Part shown: positions 8,077 through 16,867 of the stretch, one piece after another
Position numbering within the stretch: position 1 is the stretch's first letter
Layout of the letters: every line of letters begins with the position of its first letter
Assembly (NCBI GenBank): GCA_963765765.1
Contig: CAVXYC010000001.1
Location: 64,001-128,000 of the forward strand
Direction of reading: 5' to 3'
Length of the DNA stretch: 64,000 bases
DNA from: an uncultured Chloroflexia bacterium
GTDB lineage: Bacteria > Chloroflexota > UBA6077 > JACCZL01
Notes under the pieces: generated by a model
What the model was told of the DNA's origin: nothing
Database searches by the model: none
The model's input: only the letters and a program-made list of their open reading frames with translations
Position numbers and translations under genes: made by a program

Positions 8077-9834
8077 TCATCGGGGCTGGCTCACCACGTC
8101 CACTAGTGCTGGACGCCCTTCCTGGACGGCCTTCAGAGCCTGGTTGAGGGCCGGGCCCAGCTGGTCGGGTTGCTCGATTGGCCCCCAGGCCTCCACGTCG
8201 AACGCTTTTGCGAGGGTCGCGAAATCGGTGTTCGGCTGCGTGATCTCGATCCCGATCATGCGATTCTCGACCGGCCGCCCGCGCATCTCGGCCATGTGCG
8301 CCTGGTGTCCCTCGTCCTGGAAGTAGGCGCGATTGTTGTGCACCACCATGAGCACCGGGATCTGGTGATGCGCGGCCGTCCACAGGGCGCTGGGCGTATA
8401 GAGCAGATCGCCATCGCCCATGACACTGATGCAAATGCGGCCGACTTCGCGTAGCGCCACCGCCGCGCCCATGGCGCCGCCGGCGGAGAAGCCCACACCG
8501 CCACCTCCGCCGCTCCCGCCCAGGTAGTGATGCGGCTCGGTGATGGTCCATTGCGCACGGTTCATGGCGCGGCCGTTGACGCGCGTGAATGGGAGCTCGC
8601 GTGCCGCTTCCCAGAGCTCACCCGACATGCGAAGCGTGGAGATTGGCTGCGAGCTCCAGTTCTGATCCGCGCGCTGCAGCACGCTGGCGATGACGTCCCG
8701 ACGACGACGTTCTATCGTGGCTCGACGAGCCTCGATGCGACTTGAGCTGCTCGAGTCTGCCTCACTGGCCCGGCGGCACTCGTCCAGAAGAAGTGGGATG
8801 GCAACTGAGGTGTTCCCGGTCATGGCGATATCGATCGGGAAGATCCGACCGATGTCGACGACCCAACGCTGCGGCACGTAATCGGTCAGCGAGATGCTGA
8901 TAACCTTCGCGCCAGCACGCAGCGGCGGCTCGGCATCAGAACGATCGCGGCCAACTTCAGAGAACGTCGCCTCGAGATCGTCTACATCGAGCGCAAGGAT
9001 GACATCGGCTTCGCGTAGCACGCGACTGAAATCGAGCGTGAGGTCCAACGAATGAGTGGTCGGTACGTTGAAGCGCGCGCCTCGATCGATGATCGCCGCG
9101 CCAAGCTGCTCACTGAGCTGGCTGAGGGCGGGCAACACTGAAGGATTGCGACCGACAGACTCGGCGATGATGACCGGGTATTCAGCGCCCACCAGAAGGC
9201 CGGCGGCATCGCGAAGCGCCTCCGGGTTGGGAGCGGGTGGTGCCGCGGGCTGATACTGAGATGGATTCGGAAGTCTGAGCGGCGTGGTGATCCGCTCTTC
9301 TTGAATCCCGGCATCCAGGCAGACGTACACCGGCCCTCGCGGCTCAGTCATGGCGATACGGTACGCGCGCAGGAGTGATTCGGGGATCGCTTCCACGGAT
9401 GCCGGCTGATCGTCCCACTTGACGTAGTCGCGCACTTGCTGACCTTGCACCAGGGCCGTGTGCACCCAATCGATCCAGGGGCGACGCTGACGCGTGTCCA
9501 TTGGACCGGTACCGCCCAGCACCATCAACGGCACGCGGTCGCACCAGGCGTTGAAGATGGCCATGCTCGCGTGCTGAAGACCCACGATGTCATGGACGAT
9601 GGCGCCCATGAGCTTGCCCGACGCCTGGGCGTAGCCGTGGGCCATTGCCACGGCAATCTCCTCATGGCAGGCCAGCAGCATCTCCGGCCCACCCTCGCCG
9701 AAATTCACCATCGAGTCGTGCAGCCCTCGCCAGCTTGCACCGGGGTTTGCCGCGGCGTAGTCGACACCAAGCGCTCGCAGCATTTCAACGACAATGTCCG
9801 AGCCATATTCAGCCCGGGATTCGAGGTACTCCAT
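8077..9834 (-). CDS. Thiamine pyrophosphate-dependent enzyme (benzoylformate decarboxylase/acetolactate synthase-like)
   Basis: NPGAS, HEEIAVAMAHGYA, TPP-binding motif GDGDLLY...VVHNN. Confidence 0.92.
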   Translation of the reverse strand: MEYLESRAEYGSDIVVEMLRALGVDYAAANPGASWRGLHDSMVNFGEGGPEMLLACHEEIAVAMAHGYAQASGKLMGAIVHDIVGLQHASMAIFNAWCDRVPLMVLGGTGPMDTRQRRPWIDWVHTALVQGQQVRDYVKWDDQPASVEAIPESLLRAYRIAMTEPRGPVYVCLDAGIQEERITTPLRLPNPSQYQPAAPPAPNPEALRDAAGLLVGAEYPVIIAESVGRNPSVLPALSQLSEQLGAAIIDRGARFNVPTTHSLDLTLDFSRVLREADVILALDVDDLEATFSEVGRDRSDAEPPLRAGAKVISISLTDYVPQRWVVDIGRIFPIDIAMTGNTSVAIPLLLDECRRASEADSSSSSRIEARRATIERRRRDVIASVLQRADQNWSSQPISTLRMSGELWEAARELPFTRVNGRAMNRAQWTITEPHHYLGGSGGGGGVGFSAGGAMGAAVALREVGRICISVMGDGDLLYTPSALWTAAHHQIPVLMVVHNNRAYFQDEGHQAHMAEMRGRPVENRMIGIEITQPNTDFATLAKAFDVEAWGPIEQPDQLGPALNQALKAVQEGRPALVDVVSQPR

Positions 9835-9865
9835 TGATCGCCTCTCCCTTTTTCATCCCAACCAC

Positions 9866-9904
9866 CGGACAGAGCCGCATCCCGTAAGGATGCGGCTCTG
9901 TCCG
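9866..9904. repeat. REP-like palindromic element (family A; second copy at 44415)
   Basis: CGGACAGAGCCGCATCC-CGTAA-GGATGCGGCTCTGTCCG perfect 17-bp stem. Confidence 0.7.
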
Positions 9905-9920
9905 TGGTTGGATAAGATCG

Positions 9921-10991
9921 TCAGCCGATGATGCTCTTGCCGCCGAAGCGCTCCTGCCAGCGCGGCAGCACGTCCGTGTTAAATACGCAATCCGGTACCT
10001 CGCCGCGGAGCGCTGCGAGGACTGAGCGGGTGCCCCATTGCACGCCTGCGCCGAGTAAGCCAACACCGCGATTCGATGCGATCATGTGCGGCGAGAGCAG
10101 CACCTTGTCGCCCAGCTTGCGCAACGGGCTCTCCATGTCCAGAGGCTCATCTTCGAACGCGTCCAACGCGGCCGCCGCGATCACGTCGTTCTCAAGCGCC
10201 CGGGCCAGCGCTGCCTCGTCTACCACATAGCCACGCGACGTGTTCAGCAGCACCGCGCTCGGCTTCATCAGCTTGAATTCTTCCTCGCCAATCATGTGGC
10301 GAGTCTCCTTGGTCAGCGTCACGTGCAGACTGACTACGTCCGACTGCTGGAGCAGCGTCCGGAGATCCGTTTGTTCCACACCGCATTCGCCGAACTTTTC
10401 GCTGGGTACATACGGATCGCACGCCAGAATTTGAATACCCCACGGTCGCATCAGCTTGGAGACCCGCGCTCCAATACGGCCCAGCCCGACGATTCCAAGG
10501 GTGATCCCTGGGTAGCCGTCCTCTTCACGAGAGCCGATGTAGGAGCCCTCAAGGGCGGAGTCACGCCAGTAGCCGCCGGACTTGAGGTGCCGGTCACGCT
10601 CGCGGAGTTTCTTCATGACGCAGAGCATGATCGAGATCGTGCCTTCGGCCACCGCGCCCCAATTAGATTCGGTGGGGGCGTTCGTCACGAGGATGCCCAT
10701 CTCCGTCGCGGCGTCCACATCGATGTCATCGACACCGATCGTGTACTTGGCAATGACTCGGAGGTTCTCTGATGCTTCCATGACGCGTCGCGTAATTGGT
10801 GTGCTGCGAATAGACGTCCCGCACATCGCATCCGCGCCCTGTGCCATGGCAACCATCTCGGACTCGTTATCGCCCATGGGTGTTTCCCAGGAGGCGCTTC
10901 CAAGCACCAATTTACAGCCCGCGGCCTCCATCGTCTGATGGGTATCCCCCGACTTATCCGCCGGGGCAAAGATGAACACGTTTGCAGACAT
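9921..10991 (-). CDS. D-isomer-specific 2-hydroxyacid dehydrogenase (SerA-like)
   Basis: GIVGLGRIG Rossmann motif, LLNTSRG, LDAFEDEP, SPH; AGGAG SD. Confidence 0.93.
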   Translation of the reverse strand: MSANVFIFAPADKSGDTHQTMEAAGCKLVLGSASWETPMGDNESEMVAMAQGADAMCGTSIRSTPITRRVMEASENLRVIAKYTIGVDDIDVDAATEMGILVTNAPTESNWGAVAEGTISIMLCVMKKLRERDRHLKSGGYWRDSALEGSYIGSREEDGYPGITLGIVGLGRIGARVSKLMRPWGIQILACDPYVPSEKFGECGVEQTDLRTLLQQSDVVSLHVTLTKETRHMIGEEEFKLMKPSAVLLNTSRGYVVDEAALARALENDVIAAAALDAFEDEPLDMESPLRKLGDKVLLSPHMIASNRGVGLLGAGVQWGTRSVLAALRGEVPDCVFNTDVLPRWQERFGGKSIIG

Positions 10992-11110
10992 TGCGCTCCT
11001 CCCTGAAACCGGCTGCCCGACCGACGACGGTCGGGCAGTGCGTTCTAGAGTACAACGGCCCGTGAGAACGCGCACGCAATGGAGACACCGCAGTTGCTGG
11101 GGGTGGAATG

Positions 11111-13018
11111 CTACTGAATGGACTTTGGCAGGCGCACGATCATGACACGGCTGGGCTGGCTGGTGAGCTGGATCTCACCGTTCTTGTCTGCTTCTGCCAG
11201 GCCGAAGTCGTTGTCGCCGGTGATCGCTAGAGTGGTGTCGTCCACGATCGTAAGGCCCTCAAACTTCTCGACCTTGAAACCCAACTTCGCCAGGTCAACC
11301 ACCGTCTCCTTGGTCACCGGATCGATATTCGCCTTCTTCAGGTCAGCCTCCGAAAGCTGTTCCAGCGTCTTCCCACTCACCGCGTCATGCGACTTGACGT
11401 TCGTCGCATTGGAGGTGTCCACGGAATAGACCATCCGATGAGGACCCCCCTCCCGACTATCGCGCTCAGCTACGAGGAGACGCGTGGAGGAGACCGCCGC
11501 CATATCACCGACCTTGATGTCATCCTGGTCAGGAGATCGAACTTTCGAGGCGTCTTCGGCCAGGTACAGATAGACGCCCTGGAGGGAGACATCGTCGGCT
11601 TTGCTGGTGTCTAGGACGACAATGCGGTGAACGCGGGATTCCTCGCCGTCTTTCCGGCTCGGGTTCGAGAGCGGACTCTGCATGATGGCGAAAACTCGCG
11701 AGCCGTCGGGGGAAACGGCAATCCCCTCGAAGCCTCGATTGGCCTTGCGTTTGACCAGCACGCTCGGCAGCATTTCGGTGATGTTCTCTCCGGGCGCGTC
11801 GAGGTTTAAACCACTGGGTACGAAACGCTGCTTGACCGTTCCATCCGGACCAATGTGCACAATGCTCGGGCCGTACTCATCGGCGACCCAGAATGAGCCG
11901 TCGCGTGGGTCGCGTGCTAGGCCCTCACTATCCACGCCGTTGGGGTCATAGGGCACTCGATCGCGACTCATGGTGTAACCGGGACCGTCGTGATCGCCGG
12001 TGCTGATCCCACTTACTTCGCGGGAGCCGGTGGTCTGATCCAAGTATCCATCGGGCAATCGCAGTGGAATGGAATCGGTCAACCGTGCCGTATCGCTATC
12101 CACCGTCACCATCAGAATGCGTGGCGAGTAGTCCGGAACAGCGAAAACGGCCTGATTGCGACTCCGGAAGAACACGTTCGGCCCGCGGTCGGTCAGAATC
12201 GCGAACTTAGTGCCGCTTGTGTCCATTGAAACGATGCCGGAGAAGCCGCCCATCTCGATCTGGTCATTCAGCATCGGCGCTTCGAAGGTAGCTTCCGTCT
12301 CAATGGCCGCCACACGGACGGGCGGTCGTGAAGCTGGCGTGGCCGTGACAGCCTCACTTGTTGCTCGTGGCGGCTCGGCCGTGGGGGCAGCGACGGACGA
12401 ACGTGTTTCATTGGTAGGGGGGACAACACTTCCGGTCGTGGATCCGCCGCTCGACGATGCCCCTCCGGCGAGGATCACATTATCAACTCGGGCCGACATG
12501 TTCACAGCAGGTCCGATGGCGTCGTCGAGCGACACAGAGCCCGTCGGACCAAACATCGTGACCATCACGATAATTCCGTCCTTCCGAAACATGTATCGAT
12601 ACGCACCGGGTTGCGTGCCTGACGGAGGTGCCGAAAGACCAGCCGCCTCATCACCCAGCAACGGCACTATGGATAATCGAGCACCAGCAGCAACGGCGCC
12701 GTCAATCATGAGCTGAAAAGTATCGTGGGCTGCGTTGGCGTCCGAGACGCGCCCGATCGAGGAGACGAGCCTCACCGGACCCGACTCGCGCTCGAACCCA
12801 ACACTATGAGCCTCCAGCCCCTGTGTTGGCGGGAACTGCTCCTGAACGGGCGACGTAACGCCCCGGTAGGTGGGAGGCAGATCATCAAGGGTCAGAAGAC
12901 CGTCTGTCAGGACATTCGATGGAGTCTGGGCAGAGACAAGCGCCGTGGCTAGAAGTAGCCAGGCGCTGAGCAAGATGGCTAGCCCAGCGGTGACACGAAC
13001 CAATCGGTCTCTCCTCAT
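11111..13018 (-). CDS. Secreted esterase-like activity of phytase family beta-propeller with an extra N-terminal domain
   Basis: Signal peptide; TDRGPN, DSEG, DEYGP, NRGFEG, EKFEG, DNDFG motifs. Confidence 0.88.
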   Translation of the reverse strand: MRRDRLVRVTAGLAILLSAWLLLATALVSAQTPSNVLTDGLLTLDDLPPTYRGVTSPVQEQFPPTQGLEAHSVGFERESGPVRLVSSIGRVSDANAAHDTFQLMIDGAVAAGARLSIVPLLGDEAAGLSAPPSGTQPGAYRYMFRKDGIIVMVTMFGPTGSVSLDDAIGPAVNMSARVDNVILAGGASSSGGSTTGSVVPPTNETRSSVAAPTAEPPRATSEAVTATPASRPPVRVAAIETEATFEAPMLNDQIEMGGFSGIVSMDTSGTKFAILTDRGPNVFFRSRNQAVFAVPDYSPRILMVTVDSDTARLTDSIPLRLPDGYLDQTTGSREVSGISTGDHDGPGYTMSRDRVPYDPNGVDSEGLARDPRDGSFWVADEYGPSIVHIGPDGTVKQRFVPSGLNLDAPGENITEMLPSVLVKRKANRGFEGIAVSPDGSRVFAIMQSPLSNPSRKDGEESRVHRIVVLDTSKADDVSLQGVYLYLAEDASKVRSPDQDDIKVGDMAAVSSTRLLVAERDSREGGPHRMVYSVDTSNATNVKSHDAVSGKTLEQLSEADLKKANIDPVTKETVVDLAKLGFKVEKFEGLTIVDDTTLAITGDNDFGLAEADKNGEIQLTSQPSRVMIVRLPKSIQ

Positions 13019-13373
13019 CCGACGTGGGTCGTGGTGACCCTCGCAGGATCGTACGCAAGCTGGAGGTCTGAGAACGGCAATCTTTTCCGGCAGTGGACCG
13101 TCCTGCGATGACCGGACGAGCGAACGTCACCCCAGAGGATTTGATGGTCCAACGATTGTAGGTCTGTCTCGATTCACCTGAAGAATTCGAGTCGGCCCGG
13201 GCGGCAGGCGAAATGTCGGACGGCGCAAGTGTATCGCCGTCTTCCGTACGGGCGCCATTACGGCGCAGGGACCGCGGTCTTAATCATTTGCTTATAAATT
13301 CCACATACGTGCCTAATATTCATTTCATACACTATGAGTGCGATGACTTCCTCCATCTTCGCGGGAGACACAG

Positions 13374-15680
13374 TTGGCACTGCACGTAGGACAATTCAAT
13401 CATTCAGCAGGGATCCAGGGCTGGCTCTCCGTAGCCGTGCACACTCTGGCATCGTGGCGATACCGCTCGTCAAGCTCGCGCGACTATCGGCTCGATCTTC
13501 TACGCGGCTTCTGCGTCTTCGCGATGATCGTGGACCATGTTGGCGGTGCCTCCTGGCTCTACGGCCTGACTGGCGGTAATCGCGGCATCGTCTCAGCAGG
13601 TGAAGGATTCGTCTTTCTCTCTGGGCTTATCGCGGGTCTGGTTTACTCCCGCAAAATGCTGCGCCACGGCCTTACTTCTACCACGTGGGCTCTACTCAAA
13701 CGCGCCCGATTGCTTTACATGATTACGGTCGCCATGACGCTGGCGTTCGTAGGTCTGGCAGTTTGGTCCGATCTCGCGTTATGGGTGGATCGAACATCCG
13801 GTTTGGGCGCTGATACCTGGCAGGACGTGATCGTTGGAACGCTCACCCTTCGCTACGCCTACCACGGGTCTGACATTCTGGCCATCTATACCATCCTACT
13901 GGCCGTGTCCCCCGTACTGTTCTTCCTACTGCGCGCGGGCAAGGTCGGCTGGGTTCTGTTCGGCTCATGGAGCTTGTGGGCCGCCTATGCTCTTTTTCCT
14001 GGCGTGCTCAATATATGGGATATCCAGAACGCCCGTTACTTCCCGATCGCCGCGTGGCAAATGCTCTTCGTGACGGGTCTCGTTATCGGCTTCTCCGTGG
14101 TCAAGGCGGAACAGCGCGGACCGATTCGATGGTCGGTCGCAATTCAAGCCGCGGCTCCCTGGGCGGCGTTGGCAGCGGTCCTGCTGACCGTAGTGGCCTG
14201 GACGCGCGCAACCAATCCAATGGACATCTTGCCGAGTGCGTCGTTCAACCCAACGGGATTGGAATACGAGCGCTGGGCTACAGGCATCTGGGACAAGGTG
14301 TATCTAGGGCCGGGCCGCCTGGTCGGGTTCGCGACCATCGCCGCACTCTCATATGCGACCCTCACACTGTTCTGGCGACCCATTGATCGTGCCGTAAGTT
14401 GGCTCCTGGTCCCGCTGGGCGCGGGCTCACTCTACGCATACGTCTCTCACCTTTTCATCGTTGTAGCCGGCTATAACCTGGCCCTGCTGGGCTTCGACGA
14501 GCCCGAGCTTATCGGGCGAAATACGTTTGCTCAGCTTGGTCTTGTGCTCTTCGTCTGGGCACTGGTACAGCTTCCATCTACATTGAAGGACACTCGAAAC
14601 GTGATTGGCCGAATGTTCCGACCGCGTGGACTAATGATTCCGCGCAGCCTCGCCGGAATCTTGACCGCGGTGACTATGCTTCTGCTCATGGGACATGAGC
14701 CCGTTTCTTCGGCACCCCGGTTGCCCGACCCGAGACAGGTGCAGATACCGCCGTTCATGCCGCCGGCGCCCCCTCAGGTGGCTTCCTCGGTGAGCCCACC
14801 CGTGGTGAGCCCCGGAGTCCTATCGCCCACGGTTCCCGGCGACGAGCTCATGATTCCTGGGCTTACCGTGGCCACGGAGGGCCCCCGGTCTCTACCACTG
14901 CGCGGCGGGCAGCTCTGGCCGCAAGCTTTCATGAGCCAATCGCTCAACCGATTGATGCCTTACTACGTCTATCTGCCGCCGGGCTATGAGTCGGGAGTGG
15001 GCCGATATCCGGTGCTCTACCTGCTCCATGGCTATTACGGTAGCTTCATCGAATGGGCAGAGGTGGGCATTCACCAGGCCGCGGACGAGCTCATCCGATC
15101 TGGGCAGATCCAGCCGATGATCATCGTGATGCCCGAGGGTGAGCAGAGCTACTACGTCAATCACGGTAATGACGGTCCGCGCTGGGGTGACTACATCGTA
15201 AGCGATGTTGTGAAAGAGGTCGATCGGAACTTCCGCACGATCCCTTCGGCTGAGTCACGGGCTATTGGTGGACTCTCAATGGGAGGCACCGGTGCCCTGC
15301 ACCTAGCGTTCAGCCATCCAAGCGAGTTCGGCATTGTTGGAGCTCACGCGCCAACTCTCAAGTGGGAGAGGCCCGAGGATAAGTTCTCCTTTGCCGACGA
15401 TGAGTACTACCGCTCGGTGAATCCTCTAGTTGAGGCAAGCGAGCTCGATGGAATCGACAATCTGATCATCCTGCTGGACATTGGTGATGATGACGCTGGC
15501 TGGTTCAGCTTAGATCAGCTCCACGATGCGCTCGACGAGCGGTCCATTCCCAACGAGCTGGTCTATCTAAAGGGGAGCCACTCAGCGGAGTACTGGATCG
15601 AGCACCAGTGGTATTACCTGCCGGCATACGATCGAGCGTTCCGCACCGGGCAGTTCCAGGTTGTAGTAGCAAGCGAGTAA
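13374..15680 (+). CDS. OpgC-like multi-TM domain fused to a C-terminal alpha/beta-hydrolase esterase
   Basis: RDYRLDLLRG..MIVDH, AGEGFVFLSG, AWQMLF (OpgC-like); YPVLYLLHG, GLSMGG, G-S-H (esterase). Confidence 0.85.
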   Translation: MALHVGQFNHSAGIQGWLSVAVHTLASWRYRSSSSRDYRLDLLRGFCVFAMIVDHVGGASWLYGLTGGNRGIVSAGEGFVFLSGLIAGLVYSRKMLRHGLTSTTWALLKRARLLYMITVAMTLAFVGLAVWSDLALWVDRTSGLGADTWQDVIVGTLTLRYAYHGSDILAIYTILLAVSPVLFFLLRAGKVGWVLFGSWSLWAAYALFPGVLNIWDIQNARYFPIAAWQMLFVTGLVIGFSVVKAEQRGPIRWSVAIQAAAPWAALAAVLLTVVAWTRATNPMDILPSASFNPTGLEYERWATGIWDKVYLGPGRLVGFATIAALSYATLTLFWRPIDRAVSWLLVPLGAGSLYAYVSHLFIVVAGYNLALLGFDEPELIGRNTFAQLGLVLFVWALVQLPSTLKDTRNVIGRMFRPRGLMIPRSLAGILTAVTMLLLMGHEPVSSAPRLPDPRQVQIPPFMPPAPPQVASSVSPPVVSPGVLSPTVPGDELMIPGLTVATEGPRSLPLRGGQLWPQAFMSQSLNRLMPYYVYLPPGYESGVGRYPVLYLLHGYYGSFIEWAEVGIHQAADELIRSGQIQPMIIVMPEGEQSYYVNHGNDGPRWGDYIVSDVVKEVDRNFRTIPSAESRAIGGLSMGGTGALHLAFSHPSEFGIVGAHAPTLKWERPEDKFSFADDEYYRSVNPLVEASELDGIDNLIILLDIGDDDAGWFSLDQLHDALDERSIPNELVYLKGSHSAEYWIEHQWYYLPAYDRAFRTGQFQVVVASE

Positions 15681-15688
15681 CGAGCAAT

Positions 15689-15777
15689 ACGTAGCACGAG
15701 GCCTTGTGCCCTATGCCTGTGTGAACCCAATTGGTATTGGGAATACCAGGCGTAGGGCACAAGGCCCCGTGCTACGT
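15689..15777. repeat. Inverted pair of GTAG-type REP-like units between convergent genes
   Basis: ACGTAGCACGAGGCCTTGTGCCCTATGCCTG ... CAGGCGTAGGGCACAAGGCCCCGTGCTACGT. Confidence 0.75.
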
Positions 15778-15789
15778 CAATGTCAATCC

Positions 15790-16569
15790 TTAGTAGTCCA
15801 GCCGTCGATTGAGGAGGCGCAGGAGACCTGCTTGGTCCATGTCGGGGAACTGTACCTCGAGCTCGAGCAGCACTTCTATTGGCTCGAAATCTCTGGAGTC
15901 ACTGCGCTGGCGAATTCGTAGCGACGTATCGCGCAGCTCATCCCAGTCCGCGGGTCGCTCGCCACGATCGTATGGGAGATCGAGGTACTGAAGCGCCCGC
16001 TCATCGCCAATCGCATCAAATGAATCACGCAGCTCCATGAATCTGATGGGCGGAAGTCCGTTTGCTAGAGCCTCGTGAACGATGAGTCGCTCAATGGCCC
16101 TGCGTGATGCACTGGAGAGGTCTATCAACGATGGATCCCTATCTTGGAGAAGCTGGTACAGATCGTCTTCTTCCTCGTCCGGATCATCGAAGATAGAGCG
16201 CTCGCGATGCTCCAAGTGGTCTTCAGCGTCCAGACCCGCCAGTACCTCGGCGGCCGTTGCACCGGTTGCCAGGCGAGAGAACGCCGCGCTTACGCGATCC
16301 TGGAGCATTCGCCAGTCGCTAAGCACCTCGAGATCCACAAACTGACGGTCCAGGTAACGCGTCGCCAGCGCGTCCTCGACGACGGCCGGGGAGGTATAGA
16401 GACTGGCAATGTCGGCTGGACTGGCGCCGCCTTTTACAGAGCGCTCTGCCATGAAGAGTCGGATCCGAGCAACCGCCTCAGGCGCAAGGTCTGCGAGGTC
16501 CGGTTGTAGCGTCGACAGATCATCCTGGATCTGTCGATCGTTCGATTCAAGATGTGGAGTGCGGTCCAT
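15790..16569 (-). CDS. Acidic hypothetical protein with two internal repeat domains
   Basis: Long ORF; two halves share DL..L..R.I, YLD, DW..L.D, EVL..L. Confidence 0.7.
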   Translation of the reverse strand: MDRTPHLESNDRQIQDDLSTLQPDLADLAPEAVARIRLFMAERSVKGGASPADIASLYTSPAVVEDALATRYLDRQFVDLEVLSDWRMLQDRVSAAFSRLATGATAAEVLAGLDAEDHLEHRERSIFDDPDEEEDDLYQLLQDRDPSLIDLSSASRRAIERLIVHEALANGLPPIRFMELRDSFDAIGDERALQYLDLPYDRGERPADWDELRDTSLRIRQRSDSRDFEPIEVLLELEVQFPDMDQAGLLRLLNRRLDY

Positions 16570-16867
16570 AGGAAGCCTCACTCTGATTATCGCTCGAATC
16601 GTACCAAGGCGTCAGATTTTTGAACCAGTGCCGGACAGGCGACACCTATGTGACAAATGGCACCAACATGACTCGCACGCCTCAGCCGATCCATAAGTCC
16701 GTCAAAGAAGCCTGTCCCGCGCGGAATCGCCGGCTGAATCAACCATTGGGTTGCAACCCAGCGGACAGGCCGCTCGTTTCGAGGGAAGGAGACGAATCCA
16801 CCGCAAAGCCGGAATGAAGGTACAAGCATGACGCAGAAATGCGGGTTCACGCGCTGGAGATCGCGAT

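Noticed and set aside
16690-16825. c-di-GMP-I or c-di-AMP riboswitch (CGCAAAGCC, GCTGAATC)
   Set aside because: Only isolated words match; their order and the flanking helices do not fit either consensus
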